Positions 19,317 through 30,600 of a stretch of 57,607 bases of DNA are shown piece by piece (the first letter of the stretch is position 1; each line of letters begins with the position of its first letter). Under the pieces are notes generated by a model that was given only the letters and a program-made list of their open reading frames with translations, ran no database searches and was not told the DNA's origin. The DNA lies in contig CAJBBN010000088.1 in assembly GCA_903951325.1 (NCBI GenBank), positions 1-57,607 on the forward strand, written 5' to 3'. A program made the translations under genes and the position numbers. The stretch is from an uncultured bacterium (GTDB lineage: Bacteria; Bacteroidota; Bacteroidia; Sphingobacteriales; Sphingobacteriaceae).

Positions 19317-20330
19317 TTATTTTAAAATCAGGCCTAGTCCTGCGCTTTTCGATAACTGAATTTTACCATCAATTAAAAGTGGTGCTTCGAAAGGATTATT
19401 TTTTACCATCCATGGACTGTCTAGGTCGCAGTAATCTACTTGAGGCGCAAGTGCAGCGGCAGCGTAAATGCCGCAAGACGTTTCGCTCATACAACCCATC
19501 ATTATTTTTAAATCTAAGGCACGCGCCTTGGCAATCATTTTTTGTGCTTCGGCAATACCAGTTGATTTCATCAATTTTATATTGATACCATGAAATGCAT
19601 TCGCAATATTTTCAATATCGTATAAGCGTCTGCAAGATTCGTCTGCAAACAACGGCAAACGAGATTTAAGTTTTAACCATTCCATATCGGCCAGCTGGTT
19701 AATTTCTAGCGGCTGTTCAATTAATTGCACATTTTGAGTAGCCAACCATTCAATCATTTCCAATGCATGTTCTTTACTGCCCCAGCCTCTGTTTGCATCT
19801 ACATAAATAGGCTTATCGCTGATAGACCTAATGGTATTGATGATTACTTGATCTTGATCAGATCCAAGTTTAACTTTGATAAAATGAAAGGGTTCGGCAT
19901 CCTTCATTTTGATGGCAATAATTTCGGGATGATCGATGCCTATGGTAAAAGAGGTGAAGGGCATTTTCGCAGGATCAGAACCAAGCAATTCGTAACATGG
20001 AATTCCTTTTATTTGAGCAATTAAATCGTGTAAGGCAATGTCTATAGCCGCTTTTGCAGCATGGTGCCCTGGCTCAATATTATCAATATACTCAATGATG
20101 GACAAATATTGGCTTGGTTCGAAATTACGCAAACTTACTTTCGAAAAAAAGTGACTCGCGCTTTCTTGTGTTTCTCCTAAATAGGGCGGCATAGAAGCTT
20201 CTCCATATCCTATCAATCCTTCGTACTGTAAACGAACCAATGCAACTGGAGTATTACTGCGCGAAAAATTTGAAATGCTAAAAGGGTAATTTAATTCTAG
20301 CGAGAATGGTTCTGTGTGAAATTCGATCAT
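19317..20330 (-). CDS. Dipeptide epimerase (L-Ala-D/L-Glu epimerase-like, enolase superfamily)
   Basis: Enolase-superfamily signature order KVKLG ... DANRGW ... IEQPL ... ADES ... K.(M)K..G. The 337-aa length is typical of muconate-lactonizing-type dipeptide epimerases. Confidence 0.8.
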   Translation of the reverse strand: MIEFHTEPFSLELNYPFSISNFSRSNTPVALVRLQYEGLIGYGEASMPPYLGETQESASHFFSKVSLRNFEPSQYLSIIEYIDNIEPGHHAAKAAIDIALHDLIAQIKGIPCYELLGSDPAKMPFTSFTIGIDHPEIIAIKMKDAEPFHFIKVKLGSDQDQVIINTIRSISDKPIYVDANRGWGSKEHALEMIEWLATQNVQLIEQPLEINQLADMEWLKLKSRLPLFADESCRRLYDIENIANAFHGINIKLMKSTGIAEAQKMIAKARALDLKIMMGCMSETSCGIYAAAALAPQVDYCDLDSPWMVKNNPFEAPLLIDGKIQLSKSAGLGLILK

Positions 20331-20388
20331 AGCTTTTCTATAAAATCAATACAATTCAAATCATTTATTACTTTTGTAAATATAGATT

Positions 20389-21330
20389 ATGCAAGAGACA
20401 TTATACAATCCATTTATCAATTTTGAATTTAGGGCAAACACCTGCTTTTTAACCGGCGAAAAACTCGACGAGTCAAGCGCACCATTATATATATTTCCTG
20501 AATGGATAATGGATGCTTTTGCGTTAAAAGAGCAACCTTTTAAATTATTAGACGAAACCTATACCACTTACGGAAAACTAAGCTTACCCTGCAGCCAAAA
20601 AGCGAAAGAAAAAATTGAATTGCTACAAAATGAGGTTGCCGCAGCTTTTGAAAATCCAACAGGGTTTGCACAAATTTCGGAATGGACCTTATTTTTTTGG
20701 TCTGGTTTAATTTCTTACGGTTTAATTTATAAAGAAGTAAAGCACGGTCTAAATAACCAACAAAGAGGAGAAATTTTTGATTTATCTCCGGCACTTGTAG
20801 AGAAATTTAAAAATCTATTATTTTTTTTACAAGGAATTATTTTTGAAATTGATGCCGAAGAGGCTAAGCCATTTTCCTTATTTATTTTAAATGTTGAAAA
20901 CGACGAAAGCCTTGCTCCATTTGAGCATCGAAACGAGATCAACACCATGACGTTTTTATTGCGAATTAAAAATAAGGCTATTTTAATTTGCTTACAAGAC
21001 AATGGCGCGAATAAAATTTATCACCAAAATTTATTTGAAAAAATAAATAATCAGCCTATTACTGCAAAACAATTACAAGAGTTTTGCGCAAAAGTATTTT
21101 ATGCTAATTATTTATTTAATCAAATTATGCAGTATGATTTTGTGATACAACAAGATAAAATTTATGTGAGTGCTTTAAATGGTTTCTTTACTAAAGCGCC
21201 ATTCGACGAATGGGTAAATAAAACCTATGCACAAGTACTCGAAGCGTTTTGGAAACCTTGGAATTACACTTTAATGGATATTTTAAAAGACCCAAACAAG
21301 CCTATTTCGGCCTTTGAAAGCTTAAACTAG
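20389..21330 (+). CDS. Hypothetical cytoplasmic protein, no family recognised
   Basis: 313-aa ORF without a signal peptide. Its compact spacing, divergent from the epimerase gene, supports it being real. No motif could be assigned by eye. Confidence 0.55.
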   Translation: MQETLYNPFINFEFRANTCFLTGEKLDESSAPLYIFPEWIMDAFALKEQPFKLLDETYTTYGKLSLPCSQKAKEKIELLQNEVAAAFENPTGFAQISEWTLFFWSGLISYGLIYKEVKHGLNNQQRGEIFDLSPALVEKFKNLLFFLQGIIFEIDAEEAKPFSLFILNVENDESLAPFEHRNEINTMTFLLRIKNKAILICLQDNGANKIYHQNLFEKINNQPITAKQLQEFCAKVFYANYLFNQIMQYDFVIQQDKIYVSALNGFFTKAPFDEWVNKTYAQVLEAFWKPWNYTLMDILKDPNKPISAFESLN

Positions 21331-21433
21331 CTCGTTTCTTACATTTTTCTTTTAAATAAATGACTAAATAATAAATGATTTTCTCAATTTTATTATCTTG
21401 CAATAGATAAAAACACCCACAAAAAAATACATT

Positions 21434-22810
21434 ATGAAAACAAAACTTTTACTTTTATTAAGCTTAGTGGCAGCAGGTTTTTCAGCATCTGCTCAACAAG
21501 CATTTCACACTCAAAACTCTGGCTTTATTGCAGCTTCAAGAGGAATCAACGACTTTGACGTAGTAGATTCAAACATTGTATGGGCTGTTGCTTACGACGG
21601 TTCAGGCGGAAACGCAACCATTCGTGATTTTAGCGTAACAACCGATGGTGGTTATTCTTGGTTAGCAGGTGCCGTAAAAGGAACAACTGCTACAGCTTTA
21701 AATAATTATGGATTAGCAAATATTTCTGCAATTGATGCAAATACAGCATACGCTGCTATCTATCCAGCAAGTACTGCACTTAGCTTACAAGGCATTTACA
21801 AAACTACAAATGGGGGTGTAAACTGGACAAAAATTTCTGCAGGCACATTTACCGCCGCAAGTTCTTTTATCAATCTAGTACATTTTTTTGATGCACAAAA
21901 TGGTGTTGCAGCAGGCGACCCAGCAAATGGTTATTTTGAAATATATACAACCTCTAATGGTGGTGTAAATTGGACTCGCGTGCCTAACGCAAATATTCCA
22001 TACACCCCTTTAACAAACGAATATGGAACTGTTGGTTATTTTGCTGCACACGATAGCACATTTGTATATCCAACAAATTTTGGCCGTATTTTATTGAGTA
22101 AAGACATGGGCCTAACTTGGGCTTTAGGCACAACGCCTTTAGACAGCATAGACGGAACCTCAATTCCAAGCATCTCTTTTCAAGATAAAGATTTTGCAGT
22201 TGGAGTAATGGCAAATACAACCGCACTTGTTAATACATTAATCATCTCAGAAGATGGTGGTTTAACTTGGGAGTATGCAGGCATCGATACAGTAGCTGGT
22301 GTTTATGATTTTAATGCAATCGAAAATGTATCTGGAACAGATACATGGTTTGCTACTTCTGCCAATTCAACTTCGAATGGAATGGGTGCAGCATATACAG
22401 AAGATGCGGCACTAACTTGGATTAGTATCGATAAAGATCAACATACTTGTATTCGTTTCAACGACATCAATAATGGATGGGCTGGCGGATTCAACACCTC
22501 TGCAAGTGCAGGTGGTGTAGCTAAGTGGGGTTCTGTTAGAACAGCAGCAGGCTTGTCAAACAACAAAGTTGAGGGCTTCGAAGTTTATCCTAACCCATCG
22601 AATGGCAAGTTTTATGTAAAAGCAAATGTTAAAGGCGCATCTTCTATTAAGGTGATGGATTTAACCGGTAGAGTAATTTATCACGAAAATTATCCAACTA
22701 AAGCATTATTATTTACTTCGGTAGATTTAAGTAATCAAGCTACCGGAATATATTTTGTAGAAGTGCGCGAAGGAAACAACGTGGCTATTCAAAAAGTAAG
22801 CGTTCAGTAA
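21434..22810 (+). CDS. BNR/Asp-box repeat beta-propeller protein (sortilin / PSII-stability-factor-like), T9SS cargo
   Basis: Signal peptide ends ...ASAQ. Six Asp-box-like motifs are present: TTDGGYSW, TTNGGVNW, TSNGGVNW, SKDMGLTW, SEDGGLTW and TEDAALTW. The C-terminal 77 aa (22577..22807) read VYPNPSNGKF...GIYFVEV. Confidence 0.75.
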   Translation: MKTKLLLLLSLVAAGFSASAQQAFHTQNSGFIAASRGINDFDVVDSNIVWAVAYDGSGGNATIRDFSVTTDGGYSWLAGAVKGTTATALNNYGLANISAIDANTAYAAIYPASTALSLQGIYKTTNGGVNWTKISAGTFTAASSFINLVHFFDAQNGVAAGDPANGYFEIYTTSNGGVNWTRVPNANIPYTPLTNEYGTVGYFAAHDSTFVYPTNFGRILLSKDMGLTWALGTTPLDSIDGTSIPSISFQDKDFAVGVMANTTALVNTLIISEDGGLTWEYAGIDTVAGVYDFNAIENVSGTDTWFATSANSTSNGMGAAYTEDAALTWISIDKDQHTCIRFNDINNGWAGGFNTSASAGGVAKWGSVRTAAGLSNNKVEGFEVYPNPSNGKFYVKANVKGASSIKVMDLTGRVIYHENYPTKALLFTSVDLSNQATGIYFVEVREGNNVAIQKVSVQ

Positions 22811-22830
22811 TTTAAATAACTCATTGAAAA

Positions 22831-22847
22831 GGCGGGCTTGTCCCGCC
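22831..22847 (+). terminator. Rho-independent terminator
   Basis: GGCGGG, loop CTTGT, CCCGCC, followed by TTTTCTGTTTT. Confidence 0.65.
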
Positions 22848-22885
22848 TTTTCTGTTTTATGCCTTTAAAATAATTATATTCGCTT

Positions 22886-23965
22886 ATGCAAGTATATCAT
22901 GTAATTGGGTTGATGTCTGGCACTTCTTTAGACGGTGTAGATTTAGCCTATTGTAAATTTATTTTAACGAATAATGGTTGGGAATATGAAATAATTCATA
23001 CAGCATGTTACCCTTATTCCGAAGATTGGAAAGTTAAATTAGCAAATGCAGAAAACACCTCGGCTTTAGCCATTCATTTATTAGACACAGCCCTAGGGAA
23101 TTATTTTGCTGAAAACATTTCAGCATTTATAAAACAATACAATATAACGGTGCTTGATTTTATTGCTTCACATGGCCATACTATATTTCATCAGCCAGCA
23201 AACGGCTTAACATTACAAATTGGCGCAGGCGCTGTAATTGCAGCAGAAACTGGCATTACCACCATTTGCGATTTTAGAAAAATGGATGTTGCCATGGGCG
23301 GACAAGGCGCGCCATTAGTGCCAATTGGCGACAGAGATTTATTCTCCTCATATAATTATTGTTTAAACATTGGCGGTATTGCTAATGTTTCTTTTGAATT
23401 AAATGGCGAAAGATTAGCCTACGATATTTGTCCTGCAAATATGATCTTGAATCATTATTTACCAGATAATAAACTTTTGTTTGACAACGAAGGATTATTA
23501 GCGAGATCGGGTTCGGTAAATGCCGAGCTATTAGCCGAATTAAATAAATTAAATTATTATCATGATGCATTTCCAAAATCTTTAGGAAAAGAGTGGGTAG
23601 TACAAAATATATATCCAACTGTAGCAAAATATAATTTAAGCGCTAATGCAATTTTAGCTACGCTGGTTGAGCATATCGCTATTCAAATTGCGATTAATGT
23701 TAATAAGAGCGAAACACCTGCTTCGATGCTAATCACAGGCGGTGGCGCATATCATAGCTATTTAATAGAAAGAATAAGTGTGCATACCAATACGCAATTA
23801 ATTATACCCAACCGAGTATTAATAGAATTTAAAGAAGCTTTAGTATTCGCATTTTTAGGTGTGTTAAGATATAGAAATGAAGACAATTGTTTAGCATCTG
23901 TAACTGGTGCTCCCAAAAATAATTGTGGCGGGCAAATATTTTTCGTAAAAAATGAATGTAAATGA
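22886..23965 (+). CDS. anmK: Anhydro-N-acetylmuramic acid kinase
   Basis: N-terminal GLMSGTSLDGVD signature, then HGHT.FH, GGQGAPLVP and a C-terminal GGGA.. segment. The TGA stop overlaps the next ATG (ATGA). Confidence 0.9.
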   Translation: MQVYHVIGLMSGTSLDGVDLAYCKFILTNNGWEYEIIHTACYPYSEDWKVKLANAENTSALAIHLLDTALGNYFAENISAFIKQYNITVLDFIASHGHTIFHQPANGLTLQIGAGAVIAAETGITTICDFRKMDVAMGGQGAPLVPIGDRDLFSSYNYCLNIGGIANVSFELNGERLAYDICPANMILNHYLPDNKLLFDNEGLLARSGSVNAELLAELNKLNYYHDAFPKSLGKEWVVQNIYPTVAKYNLSANAILATLVEHIAIQIAINVNKSETPASMLITGGGAYHSYLIERISVHTNTQLIIPNRVLIEFKEALVFAFLGVLRYRNEDNCLASVTGAPKNNCGGQIFFVKNECK

Positions 23966-26900
23966 ATAGCATAAAATACACGCCTAAGTTTTTTATTCTT
24001 ATTGCACTGTTATTTTCTATAGCGGTTGCAATCAGCATGTATTTTTATCAACCACAACAGTTACTTAGCCGAAGTGCAAAAAATATTCAAACAACAATCA
24101 ATCAGGATTTTAAAAATGCAAAGTTATTTTTAGCAGATACGCTCATTCAAAATATTCTTTTGTCGCAAAGCCCTAAAGCCAATAAAAGCAGCTGGGTAGC
24201 GCTTAATAGATTAGCAGAATCAAAAAAAGCAATTGCAATTGTTTATCATAAAAACCGTTTAAAATACTGGACTTCCAATGCGCTTGGTTTTTCAGAAAAT
24301 GAACTAAAAACGCTACCAAATTTTTCTTTTAAAAAGTACAAAAATGCGTATTACATTATATTTAAAGAAATAAAATTAGCTAATACAATGCTCTTTGTAT
24401 TGCCAATTAAATCTTCATTTGCATATCAAAATGAGTATTTGCAAAATAAATTTGATGCGCATTTAAATGTACCCGAATATATATTATTGAATCAAGCGAA
24501 TGCAAGTGATTTTATAAACATCCTCGACCTAAATAGAGCTAAATTGTTTCAAGTGTCAATGGATTTAAATAAACTGGGAGCGCAACATTTTTACACAAGA
24601 GCTTGCTTAGAAATACTGGCTATTATTTTTACACTCCTTGCACTAGCAGTATATCTAGTACTTTTAGCCAAAAGAAAATCTAATCTAATAGCGCTATTAA
24701 CCTTATTGGCTTGTTTGTTAGCTATTAGAACCGCCACCTATTATTTTAAATTACCAGCCGAAACCTTCAGGCTTCCAATCTTTAACCCCAATTTATTTGC
24801 TAGTAATTTTATTTTCCCATCTCTAGGAGACTTAGCTTTTAATCTAATTTTAATTTTTGTACTCGTCTGGTTTATATCCAAAATATTTATACATCAGAAA
24901 AAAATCAATACGATAGGCTCGTTATTGCTTTTATATTTAGCGGTATTAATTCTTAGTTACGGACTGTTAGCGCTCATACAGGCCTTAGTTTTAGATTCAA
25001 GCATCTCTTTTGATTTTTTTAATATAGAGACACTCACTATTTATAGTTTGATGGGCTTAGCTATTATATCATTAGCTTGTTATATACTGTATTTGGGCCT
25101 ATTTACATTAGCAGCGATAGTCGATCAAAACTTTTTGCGCATGCAATCGAAATTTGCAGGCCTCCTATTGCTTATCCTTTTGTCTATTGCTTATTTTTTA
25201 TCAAGCACCTTATTCGTAATTGCGCTATTATCTTTTGGTGTATTGTTCATACTATTTAAAAGTAAGTTTTCGATTCTGAATCATTTTACAGTCGCTGCAA
25301 TTCTTTTAATTATTTCTTTATTTGTTATTCAATCGGTTTATTTATTAAGTATAAATATTGAATCAAAAGAAATTCAAAACAGGGAGTTGCTCGTTGCTAA
25401 ATTAGAAATGGCAAACGATCCCATTGCAGAATATTTATTAGATAGCATATTAATCAAAGCAAGCAAGGACGCTATTATCACTAGTCAATTAGCCAAAGCG
25501 CAGCCAAATACTGCCTTAGTAATAGAAAAATTAAATGCGAATTACTTAAATGGATATTTTTCGAAGTATAGCAGAACAGGAAACGTTTTTTTTCTAAACA
25601 ATAAAAAGGATCGCGAAAAATACGAGCAATTAGATTCGTTTATCAATAAAAATTGCGAGCTCACTTCTAATCAAGGGTTATTTTTTCTAACAAATAATTA
25701 TGGGCAGCTAAATTATTTCGCGAAAATTAAGTACAGCATAAACAATAGCACCGTTTGGGTAGTTATGGCTATCAATGCAAATTATTTTAGAGAAGACAAT
25801 ATTTATCCAGAGCTATTTTTAGAAGGAAATTTAAGAATCAACAAAGATTTTAACCAATACGCTTATGCCATTTATAAATCAAACAAATTAATTTCTCAGA
25901 AAGGCGATTATCCTTATAAAACAAAACCAAATGATTTTTTAGCAAATAACAATACAAGTCTAGTTGTTAATGGCTACAAGCACTTGGTTTACCGGCCTAA
26001 TCAAGATGTTGTGATAGTGGTTAGCAAAGCAAAAAACAGTCTAGTTAATTACATATCCTTTTTTGCCTATGTATTTTTAATTTTTCTAGTATTATTTCTG
26101 TCAATTTATTTGATTGGCATTTTGCTTAACAAGCAACAAGTTCAATTTACTTTTTCGGCCATCACCAACCGATTACAATTATTATTTAAAACCAGAGTGC
26201 AATTATCTTTACTTTTTACGATTATTATTTCCATCACTATTATGGGTGTGGTAACCTATCAATACATAAGTAATTTAAACACTTCTCAACAAGAAGAAAT
26301 TTTAAGTAAAAATTTACATGCTATTCAACAGGTTATTATTAAAAAAGTAGGCAAGCAAGCCATAGCTAAATCTGTTCATCAAGATGATTTTGTGCAAGCT
26401 TTTCAACAAGTGGCAGATTTATATCAACGTGATATTAATTTATATGCCCTTAATGGCGATTTGCTGTTAAGTACGCGACCAATGTTGACTCAATCTGGCA
26501 TAACTGCCAATTGCATGAATCCTAGCGCTTATATCAGCTTATCGCTAGATGCACAATCTGAAATTATCAACAAAGAAAAGGTTGGAAATTTAAATTACCT
26601 CTCTGCTTATACGCCCATTAGAAATTCGAATTCAGAAGTCATTGCCTATTTAAATTTGCCTTATTTTGCTAATGCAGCAGATTACAATCAAAAGATTGCT
26701 GTATTTATAACTACTATTATCAACAGTTATGTTTTAATTGTTTTCTTCATCTCCATCATTGCATATTTTATTGCCAAATCAATTACTGCGCCACTCAGTT
26801 TAATTCAAGATCAACTTATTAAAACTAAACTTGGTCAAAAAATGAAAACGATTAATTGGAATCGAAATGACGAAATAGGTTCCTTGATTAAAGCGTATAA

Positions 26901-27624
26901 TAAAATGATCATCGATTTAGAAGAAAGCGCAAATAAATTAGCAAAATCGGAGAGAGAGAGTGCATGGAAAGAGATGGCAAAACAAGTGGCACACGAAATT
27001 AAAAACCCATTAACACCAATGAAATTAGGCTTACAGCTACTAGAGAGAGCACACCAAGCCCAGGATAAAAACTTTACAGAAAAATTTGAAAACTTTGCAA
27101 AAACATTTATTCAGCAAATAGATAACTTGACTAATATTGCAAATGAATTTGCAAACTACGCACAAATGCCGAATCATAAAACCGAAGCAGTTGTGATAAA
27201 AGATGCGCTTTGGGCTTCTTTAGATTTATTCAAGCATTTAGCAAACGTAAAATTTACGATAAATGATGAGACACCGCATGAGCTAAAGGTTTTAGGTAAC
27301 AAAGACAATTTCATCAGTATATTTAATAATTTATTTAGAAACGCCATTCAAGCTGTTGACCAAATCGAACACCCAATTATTCAATTGCATTTATCCATTT
27401 CTTCCAATAAGTTATTGATAAAATTTGAAGACAATGGCGTAGGAATACCCGAGTCTATACAAGCAAATATTTTTGAACCAAGTTTTACGACTAAAAATAG
27501 CGGCATGGGTTTAGGCTTGGCCATAGTTAAAAATAATTTGCTGCCTGTTGATGGAGAAATTTGGTTTGAAAGTTCAGCCAATAAAGGCACCACTTTCTTC
27601 GTTTTACTTCCAATTGTAAACTGA
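23962..27624 (+). CDS. Large multi-pass sensor histidine kinase (about 12 hydrophobic segments, HAMP-like linker, NtrY-type H-box)
   Basis: H-box WKEMAKQVAHEIKNPLTPM, N-box NNLFRNAIQA, G1 DNGVGIP and G2 GMGLGLAIV. Hydrophobic stretches lie around aa 8-28, 215-470 (multiple), 695-770 and 915-945. Confidence 0.85.
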   Translation: MNSIKYTPKFFILIALLFSIAVAISMYFYQPQQLLSRSAKNIQTTINQDFKNAKLFLADTLIQNILLSQSPKANKSSWVALNRLAESKKAIAIVYHKNRLKYWTSNALGFSENELKTLPNFSFKKYKNAYYIIFKEIKLANTMLFVLPIKSSFAYQNEYLQNKFDAHLNVPEYILLNQANASDFINILDLNRAKLFQVSMDLNKLGAQHFYTRACLEILAIIFTLLALAVYLVLLAKRKSNLIALLTLLACLLAIRTATYYFKLPAETFRLPIFNPNLFASNFIFPSLGDLAFNLILIFVLVWFISKIFIHQKKINTIGSLLLLYLAVLILSYGLLALIQALVLDSSISFDFFNIETLTIYSLMGLAIISLACYILYLGLFTLAAIVDQNFLRMQSKFAGLLLLILLSIAYFLSSTLFVIALLSFGVLFILFKSKFSILNHFTVAAILLIISLFVIQSVYLLSINIESKEIQNRELLVAKLEMANDPIAEYLLDSILIKASKDAIITSQLAKAQPNTALVIEKLNANYLNGYFSKYSRTGNVFFLNNKKDREKYEQLDSFINKNCELTSNQGLFFLTNNYGQLNYFAKIKYSINNSTVWVVMAINANYFREDNIYPELFLEGNLRINKDFNQYAYAIYKSNKLISQKGDYPYKTKPNDFLANNNTSLVVNGYKHLVYRPNQDVVIVVSKAKNSLVNYISFFAYVFLIFLVLFLSIYLIGILLNKQQVQFTFSAITNRLQLLFKTRVQLSLLFTIIISITIMGVVTYQYISNLNTSQQEEILSKNLHAIQQVIIKKVGKQAIAKSVHQDDFVQAFQQVADLYQRDINLYALNGDLLLSTRPMLTQSGITANCMNPSAYISLSLDAQSEIINKEKVGNLNYLSAYTPIRNSNSEVIAYLNLPYFANAADYNQKIAVFITTIINSYVLIVFFISIIAYFIAKSITAPLSLIQDQLIKTKLGQKMKTINWNRNDEIGSLIKAYNKMIIDLEESANKLAKSERESAWKEMAKQVAHEIKNPLTPMKLGLQLLERAHQAQDKNFTEKFENFAKTFIQQIDNLTNIANEFANYAQMPNHKTEAVVIKDALWASLDLFKHLANVKFTINDETPHELKVLGNKDNFISIFNNLFRNAIQAVDQIEHPIIQLHLSISSNKLLIKFEDNGVGIPESIQANIFEPSFTTKNSGMGLGLAIVKNNLLPVDGEIWFESSANKGTTFFVLLPIVN

Positions 27625-27626
27625 GG

Positions 27627-30600
27627 ATGCACTTAAAGGGCTTTATTGTATTTATTTTATTGATTACCGGGGCAAATGCTTTTGCCCGTACCGATCAAAT
27701 AGGCCCTGATTCTACAAAAACCAGCACCGTTCCGCCCTCATTCTTAACTAAAAAGTATTTTCACAAAGACAGCCTTTCCCTATTTCAAAGAAAAGCAATC
27801 ATAGCAGACCCTTTTTTAATGACCACTCAATCGGCCTCCACTTTGGCTTTAGATAATGGCTTATCGAAATCTGGTAGCATTGCGCGCGCTATTAGCGTTG
27901 GTAATGCGCAAGATTTAGGGGTATTGTCTTCATTCAATTTACAATTAGCCGGCAAGCTCAACAACGAAATAGATTTATTGGCTGTTATTTCGGATGATAA
28001 TATTCCAGTGCAGCCAGAAGGTAACACCCAACAACTACAAGAATTCGATAGGGTATTTATTCAGGTGAATAACACAAACAGTAAATTAATTGCAGGAGAT
28101 TTTGAATTAAAAAGCAGGGAGAGTTATTTTTTAAATTATTTAAAAAAAGGAAAAGGAGTACTGCTGAGTACCCAACAAAATAATTATGATATAACCATAG
28201 GATCTGCCATTGCAAAAGGAAAGTATTTTAAATATGAATTCCTTGGAACCGAAGGCAGTCAAGGGCCCTATAAGATTAAAGGCCCTAACAACGAATCCTA
28301 TTTAATCGTTATGGCTGGCACAGAAAGAGTATATATTGATGGTGATTTATTAAAAAGAGGGGAGAATCAAGACTATACTATAGACTACAATTCGGCAGAA
28401 ATTATTTTTACTAATAGAAAAATGATTACAGCTTATTCCAGAATAATTATAGAGTTTGAATATTCGGAAAGAAGTTATAGCAGAACGGTTAATATTGCAA
28501 AAGCAAATTTTAAATTGAAAAAAATTGATTTCACGGTTAATTATTATAATGAAAAAGATAATAAGAATATTAATTTTTTACAAAATCTTTCCAGCGATCA
28601 AAAATTATTTTTAAGTAGTATTGGCGATCAATTAGATAATGCGTTTTACAGTTCTGCCGACAGCACAGATTTAAATTCAAACCAAATTTTGTATCAAAAA
28701 AAAGACAGCTTAGGCTATCTAATTTATGTCTACAATCCTAAATATACTGGCCAACAATATAAATTAGTCTTTACAGAGCTGGGCCCATATGCGGGTAATT
28801 ATGTTTTACTGAATAACAGCGCAAATGGTCGTGTATATGGCTGGGTGCAGCCTATATCGGGCATACCACAGGGGAATTTTGAGCCTATTGTAAAACTCGT
28901 TACACCAAAGCAACAAGAACAAATGAGCATTGGCTTTTCTTATTCACCTAAAAAAAATTGGTTTGTTTCTAACGAATTTGCTTTTACTAATAGAGATTTA
29001 AATTTGTATTCAACTATTGGCGACAAAGACAATATTGGATTTGCAAACAAAACAATCATTCGCAACCAATTAAATTTAAGCGCCGACACCAGCAATAGTT
29101 TAAAATTAATTAATTCGTTTGCAATAGAATTAGTAGACAAGCATTTTAACGCAGTAGAAAATTATCGACCTATTCAATTCGCGAGGATATATAGTTTAAT
29201 TCCCGCCATTAAAACAAACGAAATTTGGCTTACTTACAATACTAAGCTTTTAAAAAATGAGCAAAATTACCTAGAATATAAAGCGAACTTTTTGAATCAA
29301 CAGAATCAATATAATGCAATACAGCATGTTGTTTTAGGAAGTTTTTTAAATAAAGATTGGAAGCTAAACAACAACACCTCGCTTATGCTTAGCCGATCAC
29401 AATTCGACTTTACAAGCACAAATTACTTTAACCAAAAATCGAATGTAGAGCGAAACTTTAAATTTATTAATATTGGGCTTACGCAAGAATTAGAAAACAA
29501 TCAAAGTAATTTTAATTTAATTGATTCGCTCAAACAAAATAGTTTTGCATTTAGCGATATTGGTATTTATATAAAAAACAGCAACATAATTAACAAGACT
29601 ATTCAATTAGCTTATAATCACAGAATAGATAAAAATCCATATTTAAATGATCTAGCAACGAGTACAAATGCGAATTCATTTAATTTTAATGCAGAATTTA
29701 ATGGGAATAAAAACTCCATGTGGTCTGTAAATTATTTGTATAGAAAACTAGATGTTATGCGGTCTAATGTCAATTTAAAAAACGATGAAAATAATATTGC
29801 CAGAATAAAACACGAAGGCAATTTTTTTCAGGGCATGATAAGCAGCACTACATTTTACGAAATAGGTTCTGGCCAAGAGCCCAAAAGGGCATTTACTTTT
29901 GTGGAAGTACCTTTAGGGCAAGGTATTTATATATATCAAGATTATAATGGGAATGGAATTAAAGAACTGAACGAATTCGAATTAGCCAAATTTTCTTACG
30001 AAGCCAATTACCTAAAAGTAAGTTTACTATCTACCGAATTTGTGAGAACAAAGTCGACCAGCATCACCGAAAATATTTTGATAGATCCTGCTAAATATTT
30101 TTCAGCGGATAATGTATTTGGCAAAGTTGGCAGATTATTTAGTAATCAATTAACATTAAAAATTGATAAAAAAGTAGCCGACGCCGCTAGTTTTGACATT
30201 AATCCTTTTGCAGTAAATAAAAATGACACAAACTTGGTTACCTATTCAAATGCTATTCGAAATACCTTATATGTTAATAGAGCTAATCCAGCTTTCGGAT
30301 TAGACTATACCATTCAACTAGTCGAAAACAAAAATTTATTAGTCAATGGCTACGACAATAAAAATAAATCGGAACATATTTGGCAGGTTCGCGCTATATT
30401 TTTAGAAAATTATTTAGCTAACGGAGTTATTAAATATGGCTCGAAAGCCTATCAATCATTGAATTTTAAAGAAAAAAATTATAACATAGACTACTTTGAA
30501 TTTAAACCAGAGCTTACTTGCCAAATTAATTATTTTTGGCGAATCACCACGGCGGCAAGTTATGCTACGCAACAAAACAATAGTATTTTAAAAGAGCAAT

